A program made the position numbers and the translations under genes. A stretch of DNA of 63,947 nt, filler included, from Octopus bimaculoides (Eukaryota), in assembly GCF_001194135.2 (NCBI RefSeq). It is 8 parts of 8 records of this genome, joined end to end, with 100 filler letters (N's around TTAATTAATTAA, not from the genome) between each part and the next. Parts side by side here need not be neighbours in the genome. Positions count along the whole stretch, not along the records: positions 22,773 to 53,366 come from NC_068983.1; positions 53,467 to 56,639 come from NC_068995.1; 6 more parts are not named here. One strand, 5' to 3'. The notes beneath the pieces were generated by a model. It ran no database searches. It saw only the letters and a program-made list of their open reading frames with translations, and had not been told where the DNA came from. Positions within the stretch are counted from its first letter, which is position 1, and the number at the start of each line of letters is the position of its first letter. This document shows positions 41,253 to 55,325 of the stretch, piece by piece.

Positions 41253-41380
41253 TTCTGTGAGTCATTACATTCACTATCAGATTCTATGCCACTCTCGTCA
41301 CTGCTGTCAGACATAGGATTTCTCCATTGTAATCTAACCTTCTCTTTTCTCTTTCTTTCTTCATCTTCAACTGCCTTTTT
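41253..41380 (-). CDS. CCDC60: CCDC60 coding exon 5 (KKAVEDEERKRKEKVRLQWRNP...; coiled coil plus acidic tract)
   Basis: ttttgacag acceptor, GTAAGA donor, 128 nt, phase 0/2. Confidence 0.87.
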
Positions 41381-41783
41381 CTGTCAAAAACCAGAACATT
41401 CTTTATATCACACAAGTGATACTTAATGATTCATTCATTCATTTTGTGAATCAGTAAACACATAGCTAGGGTGAGGATCGGAAAAGAAGTGGTAGAGTCA
41501 GGAAAGATCTTACACTAGTTTTATGTATGGTGCTTGAAAGTTATTCAACAAAGTATGAGTTAATCACTCAAACCAGCAATCTCTCTCTCCCTCCCTCTCC
41601 CTCTCTCTCTCTTCCTGCTGGATAAAACCCTTCTTATTTCTTCCTATTGACTTTGGGTGGCTGATTTCCAATTTTTTGTAAAACTTCCAGTTCCTGAGTA
41701 TATGCAGATGTTGAAGTACATATTTAGCTGGTGACTAACAAGCATTGCAGTATAGCTTACCTCTGATCCCAAAGGGTTGCAGC

Positions 41784-42072
41784 CAGTGGCGGACTGGCCA
41801 GGTTGCCAGCTTGCCTGATGGCAAGTGGGCCCCTGCGCCATTAAAATCCATATATGGGGGCTCATGTTAGTATCTAAGGGGTCCATACCCTCAAGTTTGA
41901 GAATTTTTTATTCACTCCTGGAAGAATGCATTAATTATTTCAGCCTGGTTGTGTTTGTAGAAAGAATACTTTTAACAAAATAAAAAAAAAAAATTAAATG
42001 ATAGCATTGTAGTTGTGGGTGGGCCCCCTTAGTCTCCTGGCAACCAATATTTTTAGACCCAGTCCGCCACTG
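41784..42072. mobile_element. hAT MITE
   Basis: TIR CAGTGGCGGACTGG / CCAGTCCGCCACTG. 8-bp TSD GTTGCAGC / GTTGCAGT. Confidence 0.88.
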
Positions 42073-43539
42073 GTTGCAGTTAAACCTTGGCTTTAATTCC
42101 ACTGATCCAGCAACAATGATCACAAAAGTTATTAAAACTCATATGAGGAGTTTGGGACACAATAGTACTATATAAGCCCCTTGCATGTTGGGTTACACAT
42201 CAGTAGCTGATAAAAATCAACTCCAATACTTTAAAGTATCAATATTTAATTCTATTAAGGCAGCCAGCTGGCAAAAACGTTAGCACACCAGGCGAAATGC
42301 TTAGCAGTATTTCGTCTGTCTTTACGTTCTGAGTTCAAATTCCGCCAAGGTCAACTTTGCCTTTCATGCTTTCGGGGTTGATAAATTAAGTACCAGTTGT
42401 GTACTGGAATCGATCTAATCGACTGGCTCCCTCCCTACAAAATTTCAGGCCTTGTGCCTAGAGTAGAAGAGAATATTTAATTTTATTGACTTTGGAAGAA
42501 TAAAAGGTAAAGTTGACTTTGACAGGATCTGAATTAGAAAAGCAAGAGCTAATAGAAATACCACAAGACATTGTGGTACTTGTCCAATGCTCTAACAAAT
42601 ATGCATTGGTTCTTGAATGGAAGTATATAAGTGCACTAGAAGTATATAAGTGCACTGCAGATTGTTAAAAATATAATTTCAGACTTTAGAAAATGCACAC
42701 TAATGCTCTGAGGGTCTTGAAAAACAAGTTATTCATAATTTTGTTAGACACAAATATGATTAATGAAACAAGATATGCATTAGTTTTTCTATATTTTGCC
42801 TAAATCTTTAACTTTAAAATGTTTTTTTTTTTTTTTAATTTCCATGCAATGTGTGCCAATAAATTTTTTATTTCACTTTCAGTGCACCATGGAATCAAGA
42901 AAAGATTGAGAATTACTGCTCTAACAACTTTTCCAATCCTGTGTGAGGAATTGAATTAAACACTGCAAACTAGTAAAATATTATTCACTAATTTGCAAAT
43001 GTAAATGATGAAAATAAGCAACACTAAATGTCACATTTATCAAATTATTTTTTATTAATTTATCAAATTATTCCTTCAACATAAAAATTATTCTACCATC
43101 ATTGTCCATAGCCTTTCAAGAAGGTGCATATCAAATAATATTGACTAGCTGCTAATAACAATAGCTTATTCACTTATGCAAAATATTGTTAATTTAGACC
43201 ATACAGTAAAACTAGGAATCAGCAGGCTTCACTTCTAACTTGTTTAACATACCTAAGTAATTATAGATTAATCCATAAATTAATCATGTAGTATAAAGAA
43301 ATATTACAAATTCTTTATGTAAACTTTTATAGCATTGAGTAATTATATTAGTTTACGTTTAAAATGTTGATCACTCTTCCTTTCTTTATAAGAAGACATT
43401 AAATTAAATCAATGAAATTTTATGATAATTTGTCAGCTTTAAATTAGTGTTACTATGTTAAGAAATAGAATTTTAAAAAATAGTAAAGCTCGGGAAATTT
43501 CATTTCTAAAGCACAGTCAGTTGATACAATAATACATAC

Positions 43540-43609
43540 CTTTTTGTGTTCTGTTTCTTTTACCATAACAAAAAGATCTCTTCCAAGACTTACATTACGC
43601 ACCAGAACC
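43540..43609 (-). CDS. CCDC60: CCDC60 coding exon 4 (RVLVRNVSLGRDLFVMVKETEHKK)
   Basis: gtttccag acceptor, AAG|GTATGT donor, 70 nt, phase 2/0. Resembles recalled human RFLIQSVKIGRGYFAILREETAKK. Confidence 0.87.
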
Positions 43610-45999
43610 CTGGAAACAGCAATATATGCAATTGACCTACTCATTCATTTTACAACTGCTTTTTCACATTGTTTCTTGTTGGTGTTTAGCCCTAGGTCAC
43701 CCTTGACCAAACAGACCTATAATCAAAGGTAGTCCAAAGATAATCAGAATATGACAATCCATCATTTTATAAATCAAAACCAATATTTATTTAAGGCGGC
43801 AGGAGTTTGATTTGATAGAGATTTTGCTGTTGTTTCTAGCAAGTCAAGTGACTGCTTAAAGGTTTTTTCACTGGCTTGTTTTCATGATAGTACAAGTCAG
43901 ATGAGAGCAGAAGATGGCCAAGTGCTGGGACTGCTGGGATAGAAAAGAAAGCTAGCTATTACTATTCATTCCCTGCTAAAAAGAAAGCTATTACTATTCA
44001 TTCCTTCATTATGATCATAAAATATTGTTGCCTTTCCATTCATTATACTGTAATATTTCTATTCGGATATATGTTGGGTGGAGTGTTGGAAGCAATAGGT
44101 TGTATTATGTCATCAGCACCATGAGGTAGCCATGGCCACAGCACTAAACTCTCAATGGTTACTACACTAGAAATAAGTAGTTGTCACTTGTGGCAGCACT
44201 GTAAAAGTAGCCAATGTTTTGTTAATCTACAGGGTTGTTCAACTTTTCTTATGGTTATAACTTGAAAAGGGATAAGACAATAAGAGAACCTCTGCTAGAA
44301 ACAAGTTGAATCTTAAATATCTATCAAATCACCCTACTTTCAAAGAAGGGCCTTATAGGGCGATGTGGTCTGAGATAAAACTATCTGAAAATGGAAGAGG
44401 GTCATGCATGGAATGTGTATGATCATAGGTCTGTTCAATCAGAGTTGACATGGAATCAACAACAAAAATTGAAGGTTCTATTAACCCTAGATATACAACA
44501 TAAAGGTGAAATGTTCAGTGATAGCCCTATTTAAGCCATGGTCAGATAATAGATAAATAGTGGAGGCACATCGCTTAGTGGTTAGGGTGTTGGACTCACA
44601 CTTGTAAGATTGTGGTTTTGATTCCTGGATCGGATGTGCATTATGTTCTTGAGCAAAAACACTTCACTTCATATTACTCCAGTCCACTCAAATGTAGAAA
44701 TGAGTACTACTAGTGGAAGTACATCACTTAGTGATTAGAATGTTGGATTCATGATCATAAGATTGTGGACCAATCCATTGTATTCTTGAGCAAAACACTT
44801 CGTTTCATATTGCTCCAGTTCACTCAGCTGTAGAAACGAGTTTAGCCTGGAGAGGGATGGGCTCCACCAGCCTTTCTTACCCTAGATATGCTGCAAGGCT
44901 GCAGCACCCCAACAACCCTCAAGGTGTCAAGGGACTTTAAATACTCACAACCTGGTGTTTCTAGTTTTGGCTGTGAGTTGGTAAACCTCTGTATCATATC
45001 CAACTACAAACAGCTGTTGACCTTTGTACAAGATATCACTTTACACCATAGTAGTGTACTGCTTTCATATTTGGACTGCATTCAACAGCGTCATATGCCA
45101 AACAGGAAAACATTTACTCACTAACACTCCTCCAGCATTTTATCTGTTGTCAAGCTGTGTATTTGTTATAGCAACATTACAATAGTCTATGTTTCCTCTG
45201 GACTAGCTAACTCTATACCACCTTTAGCTTGTCATATATTTCACCATCTACTCTTTTATACACATACACACACACACACATGCATGCTCACACATGCTAT
45301 ATCTCTCTCTCCATAGACTCTACTCCTAAAGTGTTGCTTAACAATAAGAATAAATGAAATCAAAATATATTACATTGAACTCTTCTTCTGAAAGTTTTCT
45401 TTAAGTGTACAAATACATAAATCTTTCAATGAGATTTATATTCAATTTTCAAAGTGTCAAACTGCTTTTTGTTTGCACAGAGAAAATATCAAAACCCAGG
45501 GTTACATTTTGAAATGAAATAAGTGCAGACATGGCTATGTGGTCAAAAAGATTACTTTGCAGCCATGTGGTTTCAAGTTCAGTCCTATTATGAGGCATCT
45601 TGAGCAAGTGTCTTCTACTGTAGCCCAGGGCCAACTAATGCCAACTAAGTAAATTTAATATATGGAAACTGTGTCGAAGCCCAGTGTGCATGCATGTATA
45701 AATGAGTGTAAGTAAACAAATATACATATTGATTTACATATGTACAATGCAGAAGTACCCTTGGTTGGTGTCAGGGCATGCAACAAAACCATCAGGAGTG
45801 AGGGTCCCCTAACTGTTGTCACAACATTCTTCTAGGAGAGGGACACTGATGTAAAACTTGCAGTTTCCCCATGATTACTGGCCTGTCACTCATTTCAGCC
45901 TGTCACTTGGAACTAATCATGGAGACTCAGAGTGGTACTTGTAATTGTACAAGCGTTTATCACTATAATCCAATGACGTACACATCTCTTTAATGTCAC

Positions 46000-46230
46000 T
46001 CTTATTCATCATTCCATCTACTGAAAGCCTTACAGCAATGGAAAAGGGGCAACATGTGCAGGCTTAGCCAGTTACAACATTCATCATCTGTCACCTCTGC
46101 TCCAAACCATGCAAATCTGCAACAGAACTGAATAATCACCTGGGAGGTCATGGATGGAAAGTCAGAAATGCTCTTGACAAAAAGGAAGCACAAGGAGACA
46201 GCAATCATTTGTCAAGATGGAGTATTCACC
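46000..46230 (+). mobile_element. RTE (BovB-like) C-terminal zinc-finger fragment
   Basis: Translates FIICHLCSKPCKSATELNNHLGGH (CxxC...H type), followed by a typical 3' end. Confidence 0.55.
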
Positions 46231-46751
46231 ATATCTGTGTGTATCTTTGTGTTTGTGTTTCTCTCATCACTTCACAACTGGGATTGTTTTATTTGCATCC
46301 ATCCTTGTTACTGAGCAGCTCAGCAAAAGAAAAGACAACAATGCAATAAATCCCAGGTTTTAAAACAAATAAGGACTTTTGAGCGAGGTCATTGCCAGTG
46401 TCCCTGGACTGACTCTTGTGTGGGTGGCACGTAAAATACACCATTTTGAGCGTGGCCGTTGCCAGTACCGCCTGACTGACCTTCGTGCCAGTGGCACGTA
46501 AAAGCACTTTCTACACTCTCTGAGTGGTTGGCGTTAGGAAGGGCATCCAGCTGTAGAAACTCTGCTAAATCAGATTAGAGCCTGGTGTAGCCATCTGGTT
46601 TCACCAGTCCTCGTCCAACCCATGCTAACATGGAAAGCGGACGTTAAACGACGATGATGATTGAAGCCAATTTGATATGATAAGGTGGTGCCTCAGTATG
46701 GCCACAGTCCAATGACTGAAAAATTAGAAGAGTAAAAGATCATGAAATTAC

Positions 46752-46825
46752 CTGCCATTGGATATTGCTTTGTTGAGTGTATTGAGCTGTTTCTTACTTC
46801 GCAGATTTATCATTTTAGTAACAGC
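46752..46825 (-). CDS. CCDC60: CCDC60 coding exon 3 (AVTKMINLRSKKQLNTLNKAISNG)
   Basis: ttttatgcag acceptor, CAG|GTAATT donor, 74 nt, phase 0/2. Confidence 0.82.
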
Positions 46826-47965
46826 CTGCATAAAAAAAAGCACTACAATATAAGATAACAGTTGCTTTTGGATAGATTCAAGGCTTCATATTTTGGGGAA
46901 AGAATATATGAGATCTTGTAACGTTCATGTCTCTCACAAGAGTATTACTTACAAGAGTGAAGTGAAATAGTTTGATTAGAAAACCAAAGCCAAGTAACAC
47001 TGTATTTACATCTTGCTCAGTTATATAAAATACTGAATTCTGTTGACTGATCACAACTCCTTACAGTTAAGATATAAATAAGATAACTTAATGTTCATAA
47101 CTTTCTTGGAGAGTTATCTGAAGAGGCCAGGTGATATGGTTTCAACAGGAAAATCATAACCATATTGATGACTAAGCTCACCACAAAATGTGTAAGTCTT
47201 GTAGAGTGTCAATAACTATTGGATGCTGAAGTAGTTTCTGGCTCTAAAGAAGGGCCAATCATTGGGATGCAGTCCTAGTGATGTGCTTGTTAGGAGAAAT
47301 CCTCAAAGGTAGAGAAGCCCAACATGTGGAATGGTTGTGAAGTTTCTCATTGCATGCAGCCCATGATTAAGCAGGGTAGAGTACAATGAGCTTTTCTTGC
47401 CAATTGAAATGGATTCTTAAAGTCGAAATATTGAATAATTTTTGTCTCTCCAATTATTAATTAATGGGGGAGTTTTATTGTTTCATGTTTATATACTGAA
47501 AAAAACCATGCTTCAAGTAAATTTAAGATCTTACTAAGATTAAAGGGTTATTTGCATAAACTCATAGTTTCCCATCAGAAACCACCAAAAATATATAATA
47601 AAGCAAATACATAAAAATCAATAGCAGTTATGTGTTGGTTCTAAAAAGACAATCAATCACCATTTCTGTCAATCCAGTCTTAGCTAAAAAAAAAAAAACG
47701 AAAAGAACTTATATAAACTGACATGACATAGTTTGATACTTTATTCATTGGTAACTAGCTATGAAAAAAAGATGAGATTTTGAAAATGAGAAAGTGATCA
47801 TGCTCAGAAACATCAAAATAAAAGCAAAAAAAGTGATTCAATAAAAACAAAACAATACTTCAATTTTAAAAAATGCATTAATTGCTCCTCGATAGAATAA
47901 CTGTTACTGAAAAGTAGTTGAACCTTCTTGCTCAAGCTAAACAGGTTATCAGTTCACCTACTTAC

Positions 47966-48058
47966 ATAAGAATGGGATGGAGGTCGCTTATACTGGAGCT
48001 GGTGCTTGTTGTCTTTTTTCTCATTGTCAGTTTGGTTAGTATTCTTCTTGTTGACATC
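47966..48058 (-). CDS. CCDC60: CCDC60 coding exon 2 (DVNKKNTNQ...RPPSHSY)
   Basis: gcttttag acceptor, GTAAGT donor, 93 nt, phase 0/0, no stops. Confidence 0.8.
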
Positions 48059-50151
48059 CTAAAAGCAATTTTAATTAACTTTTTTAAATATTTTCTACAA
48101 AATCATTACTATAAAAATAAAAATGAATAATAAACATTTAAGCTTATACTAAAATTGTTCTCTAACACTTTGAATGGGAAAAAAAAAAAAAAAATTCTGC
48201 TTCTCTCGTTCGTAATAATTTTTTCAAAAGATCATAATGTTCCTGCTTGTTAGATTGTGGGTTTAGGTCAAAACCTGACACTAACTCTCTAACTGAGTAT
48301 AAATAAATATTTTAATTAAAAGACTTAACAGACTTAGTATCAAAATGTAAAGTATTGTAATTTAGAATATTCTGTGGTGTGATGGACAGATTGATGAAAT
48401 GTCAGCTTCTTAACTGAAGAATCACAGCTTTATAGTCCATCACTGATAATAAGTCATACACTGCAGCATTATTTGACAAGTAAGAAAGCAAGTAAAAAAA
48501 ACATTAAACAAAGCTGCTCAGCTATGTAGAGCTAGATTAACTATAAACTGTGTAGGTAGCTTTTTGAAAGTGGATATTGGATTATCTCAGAACAGAATAA
48601 ATGAATGACTGACACTTTAACTATTTGTAAGATCAAATAAATACAATAGTTACAGCAAAAGAAAATATTAAAAAATAACAAAATATTTGATAGAAAAAAC
48701 TGTGATAGAAAAAGAAACTGTACAATATATTGTCTGGCCAAAATGTTGGAGCATCAGCCCAACGTTTGAAAGATCAACAGTTAACATCCCACTTCTAGTG
48801 ATAGTTAACCAGGATGTTTGAAACACAATGTAGCATCAGTAATGATATGTATATGGGACTGTTAATAATCTGACTATAAATGGCTGTTAATAACCTAATG
48901 GAATTGTTAATAACCTAGCTATAAATGGCCCAAACTACTTGCTGTAAATAACTAACACAGTAAGATATACAGTCGATAAGGCTACATGTGTTGAAGAAAT
49001 ACATTAACAAAATCTAATTTTTCCTGACTTATAAACAGCACATGTTTTTATTTTAAACTTTCAATCTTTTTGATTTTGAAATTTGGTCTGCAAGATTCTA
49101 TTCTGTATTTTAGGAGGATCATTACACCAATAATAAACACATGCATTGGTTCTTTTTCACTTCTTTATTATTTGTTAATTGGTTTACTATTTAACCAACT
49201 AACTAATTGATTATTTCATTAATCATTCAGTAAATCAATCAATGATTTATGTTTGTCAATGCCCTTTCATTGCCATTTGTGACCTCTTAAATGACATGCA
49301 CTCTCTACACCAGGTCAATTTCAAATCTGTCTCTTTCAGTCTTGTCAAATATAAAGCCCTATAATTTTAATGACATCAAGTATCCCCTTTACTATATAAA
49401 GTAGTAGCTTAACCCTGGACAGTTATTGACCTTCTATAAAGCACAAGTGCTAACCTGCTACAAAATCAAATGCTGCACGCAAATTTGGAATAGTTTAACT
49501 GCTATAAACATTCTCACCTGCATCTACAAAGGATATTTAACAGACTGGCAAACTTTTACTCACCCATTAGTCCACAAATCAACTAGGTAGCCTCTATGTC
49601 ACCATTTCACCTACTAGAAACATCAACCAAATCTTCCTCAAACCACAACCTATCATCTTAATAAAAGACACATTTGGGAATATAGTATGGGATACATATT
49701 CCTGAAAAAAGACAGAATCATCATCTCTTGGATGCCTCTGAGTATATTTCTACTTAAATAGAGCCAACTTGAGGGCCAAATCATAATCACCCCCACACTA
49801 AGCTTACCAATGTGTTGTACAAACCCTTTGTCTCTTCTACCACTACTAAAATGGTTCCTGTTCCCCTCAACAAGAAACAGCTTATAACTACCATTCGAAT
49901 TTTAATGCACCTGCCTTTTCTTCCTCTAATAATTTCTGCTGTCTCACCTAACTGAACCATGTGTTAAATAATTTTCCCAATCCCTTAATCTTCTAATGCC
50001 ATTTTTTTTTTTTTTACCTTAAAGTCATCATCCTGCAGAAGAAGCTAGCCATTAGCAGTATTAACCTTACCCATCTAGAGAAAACCCACAAAGGCCATAG
50101 GCACTGCTATCCTCTTTGGACTAAATAATAAAAAATAATAAAGCTTCCTAC

Positions 50152-50357
50152 AACAAGGGGGGGGCTGAAAAGTGTCTGGCTTTAAGGGTGCTGCAAAAGG
50201 CTTGGTTGGAGACCAAACCTTCCAAGTTCTTTTACAGGGCTTCGAGAAACTGAAAAACTGCAGTAATAAGTGTGTGAATCTGAGAGGGGAATATGTTGAA
50301 TAAAATCATAGTTAACTGATCCTCCTGAAGCCATGAACTTTTCAGTATCCCCTTATA
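50152..50357 (+). mobile_element. Mariner-derived MITE
   Basis: Inverted ends AAGGGG..CTGAAAAG / CTTTTCAGTATCCCCTTA. Retains the transposase stop region KCVNLRGEYVE*. Confidence 0.7.
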
Positions 50358-51920
50358 CATGAAGTAAGAGAACAGTGGTACAATAAATGAGAACTGCAGA
50401 GAGCTTGCAGAGCTCACAACTTCCTATAGGTAAAACTTGTTCTTTTAGGAAAGAAGAGACATCTTTCAAGCATTTAATCCTTTGGTGACCATATTTCTGT
50501 TGAGATGCTCTGTGTTTCTTTCAATTAATTTTAAATATAACAAAGAATTTAGTAAAATAACTTAGTTATCATTAAGCTAGTGTTAGGAACATAAATTGTG
50601 ACTAAGATTTGGTGGAAGATTTTAATACAGAACTTTTGAAAACAAGACATCTGTACTATAGAGCCAGAAGCTATTTCAGGTGAGTTGCTATCAAAAGGGT
50701 TATAGTGAGACGTGTTAGCACTATTTTGTTGTGGCAGCATAGCACAATCATGCTAGGCTTATTTTATCCAATTACTACTGGCTGCAGAAGGATACCTGTG
50801 GCAACAAGCATGCCAGTTTTGAAAGGCAAAAAATCAGTTGCTGATAAAATGTTGATTGATCATCCAGATGATAAAGACACATTGCTGATTTAATGCCAAT
50901 TAGAAAACATCATCTTTTACTGCTATGGGATTGCTACCTCACTTCACAACTAAGATATGCAACTCCTTGGATATTTTGCACCAGTTACATCTTGCAGCTC
51001 TCAAGTACCGAATCTAAATACCTCAGATGTTATGGAGAAATTAATTTATGTCTTACACTACATCCTGTTTGACTTGAACGCTTAATTACCTCATGATGTG
51101 CTTTCTATTATCACATGTATGATCAAAGAATTGTTATGCTTATTAATAAAAGAATATTGCCTTCTAATATTTGTCTTTACATTCATGTAAAACATACATT
51201 CATACATTACTGGAAGTCTTCTTACACACAATCCATATACTTCCCAATGGGTTAATGCTATGAAAATTGGACTAAATACTAATCTACCATAATACTATCA
51301 TAATCATCATCATTGTTTTGATGTCCACTTTTCTATGCTTGCATGGGTTCAGTGATAGTGGGTGATAAAAATGAAAATTTTAAATCAAATAAATATAATA
51401 ATTCAAATTTTGAATCAGAAGCAGCTCTAATAATGTAAACATTACCAATGTCACATATTTAATGTATGTGTTTTGGTTATGTGCTTATTGACTGCAGGAT
51501 TTATTCAGGGAGAAGTCCTTTTAAGACAGTTGCTTCTAATTCAAACTTTAATTTTGTTTCACTTGTGCAGCACTTTTGCACATCAGCAGATAAATTTGAC
51601 ACTATTTGCATATACACCTCTGACCAGCAATTCAAATTCACTTCAAGGTGACTTGGATATATGGTGCTGACATACTGAAATAACAGTGAAATATCAATAT
51701 CCACTGTTCTTGATCAACTACAAGGCAATTCATTTCATCTGGTTAGGGATATATTTTTAACATTTGACATCTTAAAGGGACTTTTACCTAGACAAATCCA
51801 GCAGCCAATAAGCACATAAAGAAAACGTGTTAAGTATGCAATATCAGTAATATAATAATTTTAAATTTAAAAAGGCTAAAACCATCTCTATTCATTGCAA
51901 GAATATTAGTTTATACATGC

Positions 51921-52202
51921 CTCTTGAAGTTGTCCAACAGCATGAAGAATAAGACTTTCCTCATCAAGATATATTGGTTCACCAATTTCCTTATATGGCA
52001 AATGTACTGGGCAATAAAAGCCTTGACTGGAAAGTTGTTGTTGCCGTCGAGTGTAATTAGCTTTGCGAATTTCATCACGAGTTGGAATTGTTGCATTATA
52101 TATAGTAGAACTTCGAGCTTGTATTTTAACACTTTTGTGATTAGCAGTTGGTACAGGTATGCATTTCACATAGTTTCGAGGATCACTGTTTGCAACAGGC
52201 AT
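51921..52202 (-). CDS. CCDC60: CCDC60 coding exon 1 (94 codons, MPVANSDPRNYVKC...GQLQE)
   Basis: Acceptor ttttgcag at 52216-52218, then 13 nt of UTR with an in-frame TAA, then ACAATG. Open for 94 codons. Ends at GAG|GCATGT (GC donor), phase 0, matching the next exon. Confidence 0.85.
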
Positions 52203-53300
52203 TGTACTGGTTTATCTGCAAAATATGAAAAACATTGTCAACATTAACATTTTAGTGCATCTTTTTTCTTTTTTATTCCATGAGATAGACAGGTTTTCCA
52301 TGCAATATATTAGTTTCAAATTTTTGGCACAGGGCCAGTAATTTTATGGGTTGAGTAAGTAAGTCGAATGCATTGACCCCAAAGTTTAACTGGAATTTAT
52401 TTTATCAACCTCAAAAGAATGAAAGTAAAGTCGATCTCAGCAGTATTTGAACTCATAACATTAAAATGGACAAAATGCTACTAAGCATTTTATCTGGCAT
52501 GCTAACAATTCAGCCATCTTGCCACCTTTTTCCCTGAAATATATTGTCAATCATCTTAATCATTCAACACTTCTTATAAAACCCAATGGTTCTACTTTTT
52601 CCATGTCTTCTACAGTCTTCTGCTTCCACAGGTACACTTCACTAATAGTATACAGTAATTTTTTTTTCACATACCACTCAACAAATATTTGCATCACATT
52701 TATACTAGTGCAGTCATTTCTCTTGCACAGTTTTGTTGCCTTCAATGCTCAACTATGTTCTCAGCTCACTTGTGTTCTTTTTCTTTTGCAAATTCACATT
52801 ACACAATTCAAACAAATCATACCATATTTCCCTTCAGCCTCAGCAGAACTACAACAGTCACTATCCATCTCTAACAACCCAGCAGTATCACTCTCATAAT
52901 TAACATGCTTAGAAGGAAAGTATGTTTCTTGTAAGCAAGGGACAACTGCCAATCAGGTAATAAAAATGTTTATATAATTTTACAGCTGTGTGTTCCTAAA
53001 GAGTAACCTTCTATGAATGACTAACCCAGCTAGTCACAAGCAACATAGAAGAATAGGACTGTGGCTATAGGCTAAGGCTATCACAACTGAACAAGTTTAG
53101 AAGAAGTAAAAGAAAGCAGTTAGCAAGGAGGAATACCAATAAGAAGAACACCTGGTGTATCTAGCCAGGAGAGAAGCTGATAGTAGAGGATGCCTAATTA
53201 TTATACTCAGTAGTGTAATTGCCACGCAATAACCAGCACTTGTGTATTAAAAAGGTATTCTACCAGCACAACCTCTAACTCTCTTCAAATTACACACACA

Positions 53301-53336
<36 letters not shown>

Positions 53337-53467
53337 CATATATATATACATATATATATATATATANNNNNNNNNNNNNNNNNNNNNNNNNNNNNNNNNN
53401 NNNNNNNNNNTTAATTAATTAANNNNNNNNNNNNNNNNNNNNNNNNNNNNNNNNNNNNNNNNNNNNT

Positions 53468-54345
53468 ATCCCCTTCTATTTCGTCAAATGCTTCGAGTAA
53501 CATGTCTCTAAGTCTCCGTCCATTTGCAGGGTCTTTAAGCCTCCACACCCTTCTCCTCCAAGCCGGTCTATTTCTGGGCACCCATTTTGCCTTGATCTCG
53601 AAGTCGCTAACTACTAATCTGTGTTGAGGGGTACATTCTTCGCCTGGAAAGGTTTTGGCATTTATGAGTCGCCCTCTTTCCCTATTTCTGGCGAGGATGT
53701 AGTCGATTTGGCTAGAGTGTCTGCCGGATCGGTAGGTGACTAGGTGACTGGCAGGTTTCCTGAAGTTGGTATTGCAAACCATAAGATCGGTTGCATCACA
53801 GAACTCCAGCAGTCTGGTTCCCTCCTCATTGCGGGAACCGAAGCCATAGCCGCCATAGCCGCCATGGAAGCCTCCAGCACGACGTCCGACATGACCATTG
53901 AAGTCTCTAAGCTACGAAGAGAAGGTCCCTGTCACTCTTCGACGAGGTAGTTTGCAAGAGGGTGTTATAGAATTGGTCTTTCAGCCCATCCGGGAACCCC
54001 GGTTGAGGGGCATAGGCTGAGATCACAGTAGCTAATCTATGATGAAGCACTAATCTAATCTTAAATACTCTGTCACATACTCTAACTACCTCGATTACCT
54101 TATCAGCCCATTTCTCTGCTAGAAGTATTCCTACGCCCCTGACACCGTCAGTGTTCCCTGCCTAGAAGATCTTGTACCTGTGTTCTTTGCCTGTGAGGAA
54201 CTTTGCAGAACCTCCTCTCCATCTTACTCTTGGATGCAGCACAGATCAACCCATCTCAACAATTTCACCAGACCTACTTTTCAGGTTGCCGACGTTGAGA
54301 GTGCCAATCCTAACAGTGTGGGTGTTGGGGGTGTGGGCCTGTGGC
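53468..54345 (-). mobile_element. RTE LINE 5' part, APE endonuclease (disrupted)
   Basis: RIGTLNVG..., GDFNGHVG-like, CNTNFRK, SQIDYIL, QHRLVVSDF motifs with stops and frameshifts. Cut by an assembly gap. Confidence 0.92.
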
Positions 54346-55057
54346 CTGAAAAGGGGAAAAGCAGTGTCGTGTACCTGAAAAGAAAGCTTGCAATTGGCAG
54401 AATTCATAAGTAAAACAGTACCTACAACCTGCAAACATTACACAAACTTTATGCGCTACCCNNNNNNNNNNNNNNNNNNNNNNNNNNNNNNNNNNNNNNN
54501 NNNNNNNNNNNNNNNNNNNNNNNNNNNNNNNNNNNNNNNNNNNNNNNNNNNNNNCGGGAGACAGCCGAGGATGACAGAGGATATGAACCACCAGCCAGGA
54601 GAGAGACTTCTTAATCGTAGGTTCTAAATATTTGAGAGACAGCAACGCTTAAATAGTAATTTTAAAGGAGCGATGAAACCTAAGTAAATAGAATAAATAA
54701 ATAGCATGAATTTAGGAAGCCTTTGTACAAAGGAAAGATGGCTAAGCTTAGATCGTAATTTTAAAGGAAGGAGCGATAAAATTTGAATAAAGTAAAGAAA
54801 ATGAATAAGTATGAATTTAAGACAAAAACTGAGTTCAATTGATTTACATGGAGAGAAACAGATAGATAATGAAGAACAGACGGGGGGGGGACCCAAAAAA
54901 AGGTTTGAGAAAATGTTGAGGGAGTAGACAAAATAAAATCTATCTTAGCTGTTCCAATATTGGAGAAACTTCGTCGCAGTTATGTCAGTAGAATAGATTG
55001 TTGTGAGACAATTAGAAGGGACTTCTTATTTATATAGCTGGATCCTGAAGGAAACTA

Positions 55058-55325
55058 CGATAGAGGGAAGTAGAGAGAGAGAGAGTGGGTTTGAGAAAGG
55101 CATATATATATATAGAGAGAGAGGGGTGCCAAGGATAGAGGAAAGTAGAGAGAGAGAGACTGATTTGGAGAGAGTGAGATAGAGAGAGGCATGGCGAGAG
55201 AAAGGCATATATATATATAGAGAGAGAGAGAGGGGTGCCAAGGATAGAGGGAAGTAGAGAGAGAGAGAGACTGATTTGGAGAGAGTGGGATAGAGAAAGG
55301 CATATATATATATAGAGAGGGGGGG
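55058..55325. repeat. Complex GA/TA-containing minisatellite, ~2.5 units
   Basis: Repeated AAAGGCATATATATATATAGAGAG..GGGGTGCCAAGGATAGAGG(G/A)AAGTAGAGAG. Confidence 0.8.

Noticed and set aside
50700-50795. Minus-strand segment SILLQPVVIG* resembling the CCDC60 exon-4 motif
   Set aside because: The true exon is at 43609-43540 and is open and phase-compatible. This one contains a stop and is a chance resemblance.
51924-52247. 107-aa plus-strand ORF
   Set aside because: Antisense shadow of CCDC60 exon 1.
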